Positions 9,266-16,311 of a DNA stretch of 49,440 bases are shown one piece after another (within the stretch, counting starts at the first letter, position 1; every line of letters starts with the position of its first letter). This DNA is from Ruminococcaceae bacterium UBA6392. GTDB taxonomy: Bacteria; Bacillota; Clostridia; Oscillospirales; Acutalibacteraceae. The notes under the pieces were generated by a model. That model did no database searches and was not told the DNA's origin. It saw only the letters and a list, made by a program, of their open reading frames with translations. The translations under genes were made by a program, and so were the position numbers. The stretch lies in assembly GCA_002438685.1 (NCBI GenBank), contig DJQG01000013.1:2398-51837 (forward strand), given 5' to 3'.

Positions 9266-10747
9266 TTAATATGCGTCAAAGAAATGATCGAAAACATTGT
9301 AGCCGAGGAAGAAATACTTGAACGCCCAGACAATGGGATTGAACTTGAAATAAGTCCAGTCGAGCACTGTGACAGTTGCGCGCAGTGCGGTAGAGAGGTC
9401 GTGGGTCCTCGGAACTCTGACCTTGCCGAAATCCTCGCCGTTTCTTCTGATAACGAAGGGCTGAGAATAGCAGATACCGTTGTCGCCCGTGATATAGAAT
9501 CTGACATAGAGATATGGCGTGTCGAGCAGATCATCCGCATGGAGATCGAGGGTCGCCTTGCCGCTGTCTATATCCGTCTCGCGCTTGATAACATTGCAGT
9601 TTGAGACCCAAGTTATCGCATTGAAGTTCGTGCCCTCGATACTTATCGTGTCGTTTTCGTCGTCGACGATCACGCGGGTGACGAGCGGAGTGTCGTCGCG
9701 AAGATAAGCCTTGGTGTCATAGACTTTATCCTCGTCGAAGCCGGGCATCTCTTCCATGCCGTTGAGCTCAACGCCGTTTGAATAGTGGGAGACCGCGAAG
9801 CACCAGCCGTTCTCCATACCCTTGCGGACATTCTCGTTTGTCAGCTCCGGCAGAACCATCATGGTATAGGCGTCGTTTATCGAGCGGACATCGTGGGAAT
9901 CAGAAAAAGCGAAGCCCCACGGAACGACGTTGTTGGGTATGGTCTTCTGGAGTATCTGATCGTAAAGTATGCGGTCGCAGCGGGTGTGCGCGTCGGTGGC
10001 GCTGTTGATGCCCATGCCGACGCTCGAGCCCTTGTTGTCAAGGAAGATACGCGCAAATTTATTGGCATAATAATCGTCTATCTTTTGACCGACATGGTCT
10101 TTGCTGTCCTTTTCGGGATAGACATACTCGCCGACATGGGAAAGCATGGATATTCCGCCCTTGCGTCTGACACCCTTCGACGGAGTCTCATAGTCGCCGT
10201 AAACGCCGGCGAGACCCTGACCGTAGTCTGCATAGTAGCCGGTCAGATGGCAGTCGCACTTCGGGGTAGCCATATTGAGCTCTATACCCTGCGGGACATC
10301 GAGCATACCGTTGTTATGCGTTCTCGTCTGCGATGCGGCAGTGCCGGTCGTATAGGCTTTGTACTCCTCATCGGTCAGCGGATAAATGGGCGCGAGCTTC
10401 GTGCGCTCGTATTTGACGAGCCTTATCAACGGCACAAGCTGCGGTTTCTGATCCCAGCCCTTGTTTATCGTGCCGTGGTCGGTAAGCGCCAGGATATCGT
10501 AGTTGAGGTCATAGTGTCGCTCGACGACTTCGTGGATCGGCAGATAGCCGTCGCTCGCGTTGCTCTGGGTGTGCAGCTGAGCCTTGTATATTCCCCAGCT
10601 GTCCCAATCGACATCCGCGTAAGGGTCAGTTATCTCGTAGCTTATCTTTGCCGGGGCTGCCTCATTCTCCTGCGCAAAGGCGCAGAACGCGAGCGAAGGC
10701 ACCGCAACAAGCAGGCAGAGCAGCAGCGACAGGGTGCGTTTAAACAT
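9266..10747 (-). CDS. Secreted PHP-domain putative metallophosphoesterase, paralogue 1
   Basis: Signal peptide MFKRTLSLLLCLLVAVPSLAFCAFA; motifs LHTQSNASDG, TDHG, GIE, CHL, SHV, FSDSH. Colinear with the neighbour (YIRF/YVRF, YSQPF). Start 10747 chosen from GGAGG spacing. Confidence 0.8.
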   Translation of the reverse strand: MFKRTLSLLLCLLVAVPSLAFCAFAQENEAAPAKISYEITDPYADVDWDSWGIYKAQLHTQSNASDGYLPIHEVVERHYDLNYDILALTDHGTINKGWDQKPQLVPLIRLVKYERTKLAPIYPLTDEEYKAYTTGTAASQTRTHNNGMLDVPQGIELNMATPKCDCHLTGYYADYGQGLAGVYGDYETPSKGVRRKGGISMLSHVGEYVYPEKDSKDHVGQKIDDYYANKFARIFLDNKGSSVGMGINSATDAHTRCDRILYDQILQKTIPNNVVPWGFAFSDSHDVRSINDAYTMMVLPELTNENVRKGMENGWCFAVSHYSNGVELNGMEEMPGFDEDKVYDTKAYLRDDTPLVTRVIVDDENDTISIEGTNFNAITWVSNCNVIKRETDIDSGKATLDLHADDLLDTPYLYVRFYITGDNGICYSQPFVIRRNGEDFGKVRVPRTHDLSTALRATVTVLDWTYFKFNPIVWAFKYFFLGYNVFDHFFDAY

Positions 10748-10786
10748 TGTCATTCCTCCGTATGTAAAATTTTTATTCTGTAACAT

Positions 10787-10815
10787 AGTTTAAAACATTC
10801 GGCAAATTAAGTCAA
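10787..10815 (-). promoter_or_regulatory. sigmaA-type promoter of the PHP pair
   Basis: TTGACT-17 nt-TAAACT. Confidence 0.55.
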
Positions 10816-10928
10816 CAAAATTAACATAAATTTCGCAGAAAAATATCATTTTTTATGCATATTTCAGTCGTGCTTTTCGCATTCTCACCATATGTTTGTT
10901 CAATTTGACATTTTTCGGTGAATTTTCG

Positions 10929-10957
10929 TTGACAAGTTTTGCATATTTTGATATACT
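10929..10957 (+). promoter_or_regulatory. sigmaA-type promoter of lipoprotein 1
   Basis: TTGACA-17 nt-TATACT with TGn extension. Confidence 0.7.
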
Positions 10958-11042
10958 CGATTTGAGATTGACTTCACGGAATTATTCCGTGAAGTCTTCC
11001 AAGGAAAAGAAAAATAAAAACAAAAAAAGAAAGGAAAAGACA

Positions 11043-12149
11043 ATGAAAAGAAAGCTTATCTCCGCCGTTGCGCTCATCATGTGCGCAATAATGTTCCTCT
11101 TCTGCGGCTGCAAGTCGAAGAAGAACGGCGACGACACAACTGCCCCATCAGAGAGCGGCGCAGCAGTCGATGCAGTCACCGATGAAAGCACCGAACCCTC
11201 GTCCGAAGAGACAACCGAGACTGAGAAGAAAGAGCCCGCTGCCGATGCCGTCAGAAGGGTTACAGACATCTCAAGAAATCCCGGTCAGGTCAACACCACC
11301 ACTCCCTCGGTCAGAAAGCCTGAGTGGAAAAAGGCCGGCAAATACACCTGCGGCAAGAACCTCGCGGCAGGCGAATATTATGTTGTTCCCGAGTCAAAGA
11401 GCTGCTCGCTCGTGCTTACCGATGGCAAACACCTTGACGAAGACGAAATAGTTGAATTCCCCGTTCTCCCCTGCGGACTGTTCGTCACAATGAAAGCAGG
11501 ATATACTCTTGAAGTCAAGAACGGTAAATTCATCCTTGCCTCCGAAGTTGACAAAATGACCGCCGCCAACGGCAAATACAAGCTCGGCTCATACAGAGTC
11601 GGCGTGGATATTCCCGCAGGCGAGCACGTTATCGGCAACGCCAAGAGCGTAAATATTATAGTTCTCTCAACCACTGACTATTTTGACGAGAACGGCGAAG
11701 CTCTCCCCCTCATCGCTGACTATCCCGCATATGTCTCCCTGCAGAAGGGTCAGCGCGTGATGTTCCTTGAGGATACCACAGTTGATATCAAGACCCCCGC
11801 AGCGAACAGCGACGGCAGCTTCAACAACGGAATGTACAAGGTCGGCAAGGACATAAAGCCCGGCAAGTACACCCTCGTTCCCAAGGACTCCGAAAACGGA
11901 TACATGGTCTATTACGATCTGAGATATATCGAGCTCTCCATAGCCGATTCGGGCGAGAATATCAAGGGCACAAAGGTAATCGAGCTTGCAAACGGACGCT
12001 ATATCGAGATAAACGGTTTCAAGCTTGTTCCGTATGTTGAGCCCGGCACGACCGCTGCTCCCGAAACTACATCAGAAGCCCCCGAGACGACCACGGCGGC
12101 TCCGGACACCACAACCACTACAGCTCAGGGAACTCCTTCCGAAAGCTAA
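11043..12149 (+). CDS. Lipoprotein with three GxYxxGxDIxxGxY-type beta repeats and a Pro/Thr-rich tail
   Basis: MKRKLISAVALIMCAIMFLFCGC lipoprotein signal; S/T/E-rich linker; repeats GKYTCGKNLAAGEY, GSYRVGVDIPAGEH, GMYKVGKDIKPGKY. AAGGA RBS before ATG 11043. Confidence 0.85.
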   Translation: MKRKLISAVALIMCAIMFLFCGCKSKKNGDDTTAPSESGAAVDAVTDESTEPSSEETTETEKKEPAADAVRRVTDISRNPGQVNTTTPSVRKPEWKKAGKYTCGKNLAAGEYYVVPESKSCSLVLTDGKHLDEDEIVEFPVLPCGLFVTMKAGYTLEVKNGKFILASEVDKMTAANGKYKLGSYRVGVDIPAGEHVIGNAKSVNIIVLSTTDYFDENGEALPLIADYPAYVSLQKGQRVMFLEDTTVDIKTPAANSDGSFNNGMYKVGKDIKPGKYTLVPKDSENGYMVYYDLRYIELSIADSGENIKGTKVIELANGRYIEINGFKLVPYVEPGTTAAPETTSEAPETTTAAPDTTTTTAQGTPSES

Positions 12150-12167
12150 ATAACAAACCAACCAATC

Positions 12168-12199
12168 GAAGAGTCGCAGAGATGCGGCTCTTCTTTTTT
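12168..12199 (+). terminator. Intrinsic terminator
   Basis: GAAGAGTCGCA-GAGA-TGCGGCTCTTC followed by T6. Confidence 0.85.
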
Positions 12200-12206
12200 G
12201 CCCGTG

Positions 12207-12235
12207 TTGACTTGAATGTTCAGGTTTGATATAAT
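12207..12235 (+). promoter_or_regulatory. sigmaA-type promoter of lipoprotein 2
   Basis: TTGACT-17 nt-TATAAT with TGn extension. Confidence 0.75.
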
Positions 12236-12282
12236 GTACAAAGCGGAAAGAACCGCAATAATCCTCACGAAAGGGAAAAAAG

Positions 12283-13383
12283 ATGAAAAAGCTTATATCC
12301 GTCATTCTCTGCATTGCTATGCTCGCCGGTGTTCTGGCGTTTGCAGGGTGCAAGAAAAAAAAGGACAATCAGGACACAACAGCTGCTTCGGCGGAGACAA
12401 GTGCTGCCGATGCCGCCGGCACAACAGAGCCCTCTGCGGACAGCACTGCGGCTGAAAGCTCCACCGCAAAAGAGACAAAGCCATCAAGCAGACCGGCTCA
12501 GACTGTTCCCGCCGCGGCAACGACCGACGCGCAGGTGGTCACTCTCCCGACTAACTCAACCGAAAAGCCCGACGACGGCAGCTCCACCGGCTGGAACGGC
12601 GCGGGAAACTACAAATGCGGCAGCGGAAGCGGCAAGCTCACCCCCGGCGAATATTACATTGTCAAAACTTCGTCAAACTACTCCGCGCTCCTCTGGGATG
12701 GCAAGAAGAAAGACGACAAGGGTCAGCCCCTCGCTTATGATATAACAATAGACGGCACACATACGCTCGTCACTCTCGAGAGCGGCTACGAGCTCTACAT
12801 CAGCGGCTGCAAGTTCATCAACACCGCCAGCGAGCATCCCAAGGCAGTCAATGGCAAATATGCCCCCGGCACATACAAGATAGGCAGAGATATTCAAAAG
12901 GGCGAGTACATAATCAAGAAAACCTCCGGCGCATACGGCGGACTCAGCTTCAAGAAGAGCGTTAACCCCTATATTCAGAATGTTGCAAGCGATTTCAAGA
13001 TGGTCGATGTCTCGGTCTATTATACGCTGTCAAAGGACGGATATGTCCACATCACGGGCTGCGAGCTCTATGACGCCGCTTCGCACGACATGGCTTCGAT
13101 AGGCTGCAACGGCACAACTCCTGCGATGTACAAAGTCGGCAAGGACATAAAGGCAGGCACATATACGATAACCCCCGACGGCAGCGGAAAGAGCTACTAT
13201 GCGGTCTACAAGAATTCGACGGATTCCTCAGGCTCCGCGAGAATCGCCGAGACGCCCATAACCAAGGCTACAAATGTCGCTGTCAGCGACGGCGAATATA
13301 TCTGGTTCTACAGAGCTTCGATGAAATACTGCAAGAATCCGAACTCCGGACTCGACTTTGACGCCACGGCAGCTTCGGAATAA
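12283..13383 (+). CDS. Lipoprotein, paralogue of 11043..12149
   Basis: Lipobox FAGC; T/A/S-rich linker; repeats GNYKCG..LTPGEY, GTYKIGRDIQKGEY, AMYKVGKDIKAGTY. Confidence 0.85.
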   Translation: MKKLISVILCIAMLAGVLAFAGCKKKKDNQDTTAASAETSAADAAGTTEPSADSTAAESSTAKETKPSSRPAQTVPAAATTDAQVVTLPTNSTEKPDDGSSTGWNGAGNYKCGSGSGKLTPGEYYIVKTSSNYSALLWDGKKKDDKGQPLAYDITIDGTHTLVTLESGYELYISGCKFINTASEHPKAVNGKYAPGTYKIGRDIQKGEYIIKKTSGAYGGLSFKKSVNPYIQNVASDFKMVDVSVYYTLSKDGYVHITGCELYDAASHDMASIGCNGTTPAMYKVGKDIKAGTYTITPDGSGKSYYAVYKNSTDSSGSARIAETPITKATNVAVSDGEYIWFYRASMKYCKNPNSGLDFDATAASE

Positions 13384-13407
13384 GGCGAAAATAATTACCA
13401 ATATCAG

Positions 13408-13451
13408 AAAAACGGACAGCCGCAGCAGTTTCGCTGCGGCTGTTTCGTTTT
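13408..13451 (+). terminator. Intrinsic terminator
   Basis: ACAGCCGCAGC-AGTTTC-GCTGCGGCTGT followed by TTCGTTTT. Confidence 0.8.
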
Positions 13452-13697
13452 GGGCAATGAGCAGAAAAAGATATGTAAATTGGGATTTTCTATAACTCGG
13501 GCCATAGCAAAAATAAGAGCAAGCTACTCAACCTCAATTTATTTATGATCATGCTTTTAACAGCGCGGCGCGGCGTTGCCGGGAGCTTGGTGGATGGTTT
13601 GTAGGATGCCAATAAAATTGTGCAGATTTCACAGGCGGATAACATCCGCCCAACCGCATATATTTTACTTATTACTTGGGCAGGATTCTTGCCTTAT

Positions 13698-13725
13698 AAA
13701 AATCCCCGCGCCTTTCGGTGCGGGG
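13698..13725 (-). terminator. Intrinsic terminator of the M23 peptidase gene
   Basis: CCCCGCACC-GAAA-GGCGCGGGG-ATTTTT on the minus strand. Confidence 0.8.
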
Positions 13726-13731
13726 AAAATT

Positions 13732-15810
13732 TTATCTGATATATGGCAGCGGGTTTACCGTGCTGCCGTTTATGATTATCTCGAAGTGGAGATGCGGACC
13801 TGTAACGTTGCCGGTGCTGCCGACTCGCGCTATCGCCTGTCCTGCGCTGACATGCTGTCCGACGCTGACAGAAATAGAGCCTGCAAGGCAATGGGCGTAT
13901 CTCGTCTTGACTCCGCCGCCGTGGTTTATAACGACGCAGTGACCGTAGCCGGAATTGCTTCGGCGCACGCTCTCGACAGTACCGTCGAGGGATGCGACTA
14001 TGACCGCTCCGCTCGAGCCGCCGCCGGGAAGAGTGAGATCGACGCCGGTATGGAAGTCGCTGTAACCGCGCAGAGTTCTCCAGCCGTAAGGCGAGCTGAC
14101 GAACGTACACGCGGGTGCAGGCCATACAAATCCGCGCCCAGAGACTTTAACATTGTATCCGCCGCCACCGCTGACGCGGGTCGACTTCGTGCCGATGAGC
14201 TTCTTTTCGGTCACGGGCTCTTTAGTCCTGACGCGTGAGACCTCCTGCGAAGAGACGCGCTGACCGTCGATATATGTTACAAGCTCGGTTATTGTGTCCT
14301 CGCCCTTTTCGCCCTTGCGGGTGACGCGGGTAGTGCCCTTGAACATTGAGGCGTCGTTGGTCTTTTCGGTGTCGTAATCGACCTCTACGGTTCTCGTCTC
14401 GGTTCTCATGACCTTGACGCGGACATAGTTGACCTCGTTTGAGACCACTATCTGATCGCCTGTATGAATATACTCGCCCATATCGGGGTTGAGCGCCATG
14501 AGCTGCTTTTCGGTCAGCCCGTTCGCGACCGCTATGCCGTATATCGTATCGCCGTCCTTGACGGTGTAGGTCTTTTTCGCCTGCTTGGTCTGCTCAAGCT
14601 GCTTTTTGAGCTTCGATGCATCCCACATAGTCTTCGGGTCGTCGGGATAGAGTCCCTGGACATACTCGACCTTCTCGACGAAATCGACAAAGCTGTTGCT
14701 GTCGGTCACTTTGTGCTTTTCAAGAATAGCATTGAACACGCTCGTTGCATCCGTCTCGTTCTTGACAGAGCAGATAAACTCGTCATCGATATAAATTCCG
14801 CAGGCGTTTGTGACATTGCTCTCGGAATTTTCGATTATTCTGTCGCAGAGTATCGAAGAATCGACAAGCTTGTTGACGTTGACGAGCGAGAGCTCATAGG
14901 TCGGATCCTCAAGCTTCGCGGATGAATCCGTCTTTGTAGTCGTCATTCTCGCCTTTGCAGCACTCTGCGCCTCGTTATACACCGACTCATCGGAGATATA
15001 GCCGAGTTCCTTGTTATCATAACTGACCTTGAGAGCGAACGTGACGCTGCTCCAATAGTTGACGGTCAGCACAAAAGCGAGCACTGCGGCAACGGGCAGA
15101 GCGAAGTTCGCTATGGTCTTGAACATTTGCGTATGAGTGGTAAAGGCCTTCTTCACATAGTGCCCGAGTATAGGGAACAGCGTTTTCGGCTTATGGCGGC
15201 TCTGCCTGAGATAGCCCATTGCCGAGCGCACATCGCGCCTGAAGTCCCTGACCTGCTCAACGAATGTATGAGAAATGATGTGGATAAACTTCTTAAATCC
15301 GAGCCAGAGGAAACGGAAAAAGTATTTCAAAAATCCGACGATATTTCTGCCGAGCTTCTTGGGCTTCGCGAGCATCTTTTTAAAAGTTGTGCCCACAGAA
15401 AGTCCGAGCGCCGCGATATAAAAATAAAGTACGGCTCCGGCATCGCCCTTATGAGCCTTTCCCTTCTTCGCGGGCTTTTTCTCCGCAGTTTCCTGCACTT
15501 CGGGCTGCGCCGCAGAATCGGCATCCGAAACTATTTCGTCAGCCTCTATCATCACATTTTCGTCACCAAGCTCTTCTTCGTCAGCGACACCGCCGGCTTT
15601 CTTCATGGCGGCTCTGGTACGCTTGTCGAGAGTCTCCTCATATGTTGCGAGGATATCGTCATAATCGCTGTCGACATCTATCTTCTCAAAGAGTTCCGAA
15701 TACTTTTCGGTTTCATCTATTCTGTTTTTAAGCTCGTTCCCGTCCTTTGCGGGCGACTCTGAGCTGTGCAAATCAGGATCGGCAATATTGCCCTTTTTCT
15801 TTCCCGACAT
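13732..15810 (-). CDS. Membrane-anchored LysM-G5-M23 peptidoglycan DD-endopeptidase
   Basis: LysM YTVKDGDTIYGIA...LNP; G5-like TRKGEKG...KEPVTEKKLIGTK; M23 zinc motifs HTGVD and GPHLHFE; acidic N-terminus and a TM segment. Confidence 0.92.
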   Translation of the reverse strand: MSGKKKGNIADPDLHSSESPAKDGNELKNRIDETEKYSELFEKIDVDSDYDDILATYEETLDKRTRAAMKKAGGVADEEELGDENVMIEADEIVSDADSAAQPEVQETAEKKPAKKGKAHKGDAGAVLYFYIAALGLSVGTTFKKMLAKPKKLGRNIVGFLKYFFRFLWLGFKKFIHIISHTFVEQVRDFRRDVRSAMGYLRQSRHKPKTLFPILGHYVKKAFTTHTQMFKTIANFALPVAAVLAFVLTVNYWSSVTFALKVSYDNKELGYISDESVYNEAQSAAKARMTTTKTDSSAKLEDPTYELSLVNVNKLVDSSILCDRIIENSESNVTNACGIYIDDEFICSVKNETDATSVFNAILEKHKVTDSNSFVDFVEKVEYVQGLYPDDPKTMWDASKLKKQLEQTKQAKKTYTVKDGDTIYGIAVANGLTEKQLMALNPDMGEYIHTGDQIVVSNEVNYVRVKVMRTETRTVEVDYDTEKTNDASMFKGTTRVTRKGEKGEDTITELVTYIDGQRVSSQEVSRVRTKEPVTEKKLIGTKSTRVSGGGGYNVKVSGRGFVWPAPACTFVSSPYGWRTLRGYSDFHTGVDLTLPGGGSSGAVIVASLDGTVESVRRSNSGYGHCVVINHGGGVKTRYAHCLAGSISVSVGQHVSAGQAIARVGSTGNVTGPHLHFEIIINGSTVNPLPYIR

Positions 15811-15830
15811 TGCTTCGCCCCCTTAAAAAT

Positions 15831-15879
15831 ATTACAAAATGATTACAAACATTATAACGCCGCCGAGCAATTATTACAA
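15831..15879 (-). promoter_or_regulatory. sigmaA promoter plus WalR-type direct repeat
   Basis: TTGTAA-17 nt-TATAAT (15879-15851), followed by TGTAAT-CATTT-TGTAAT (15847-15831). Confidence 0.6.
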
Positions 15880-15946
15880 GTCTTTTTGAGAAATATATTG
15901 TTAACAATGCTTGGATAGTGCAACACATGGTGCATTTTGTAGATAG

Positions 15947-15976
15947 AAAAATGAGCCGCCGAAAAGGCAGCTCATT
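15947..15976 (-). terminator. Intrinsic terminator of rpmE
   Basis: AATGAGCTGCC-TTTTC-GGCGGCTCATT followed by a T run. Confidence 0.75.
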
Positions 15977-15992
15977 ATCTCTCATAGGATGA

Positions 15993-16205
15993 TTATTTCT
16001 TGTCCTCTGTCATGTTGAAGCGCTTCTTGAAGCGGTCAACGCGTCCGCCGGTATCGACGAGCTTCTGCTTGCCGGTGAAGAACGGATGGCACTTTGAGCA
16101 AATATCGACACGAAGATCCTGCTTGGTGGAAGAAGTCTTGATGACCTCGCCGCAAGCGCAGCGGACCTCAGTGGGCTCGTACTTAGGATGGATTCCTTCC
16201 TTCAT
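15993..16205 (-). CDS. rpmE: 50S ribosomal protein L31 (zinc-binding type)
   Basis: MKEGIHPKY...CACG...[35 protein letters not shown] before ATG 16205. Confidence 0.98.
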   Translation of the reverse strand: MKEGIHPKYEPTEVRCACGEVIKTSSTKQDLRVDICSKCHPFFTGKQKLVDTGGRVDRFKKRFNMTEDKK

Positions 16206-16264
16206 TATTGTCACCTCTTTCGGATTATCTGCATATAACTTTCTCTTTAAGTCTAGCAAACGAA

Positions 16265-16293
16265 ATTTTATCATACGCGGGGCAAAAATGCAA
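16265..16293 (-). promoter_or_regulatory. sigmaA-type promoter of rpmE
   Basis: TTGCAT-17 nt-TAAAAT with TG extension. Confidence 0.65.
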
Positions 16294-16311
16294 GCCCTTT
16301 TTTCATATTTT

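Noticed and set aside
7838..9604. 588-aa plus-strand ORF, and many other long antisense ORFs (e.g. 9785..10783, 17140..18366, 25615..26553, 27511..28449, 38786..39700)
   Set aside because: They mirror well-supported genes on the opposite strand and show no RBS or recognisable motifs. Such shadows are expected from GC-rich codon bias.
10760..10830. TTAACA/TCAACA/TTTACA hexamers as possible Pho boxes for the PHP genes
   Set aside because: Spacing and orientation are inconsistent with an 11-bp-period array, and the region is very AT-rich.
10896..11042. N-terminal extension of lipoprotein 1 in the ORF track
   Set aside because: It covers the promoter and leader; the signal peptide and RBS point to ATG 11043.
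12040..12130. Imperfect repeats at the 3' end of lipoprotein 1 as a possible CRISPR array or VNTR
   Set aside because: They are degenerate coding repeats (PxTT) with no identical units or spacers, and no cas genes are present.
16206..16260. Possible L31 autoregulatory leader RNA
   Set aside because: Only weak pairing is visible and I cannot match it to a known motif without a covariance-model search.
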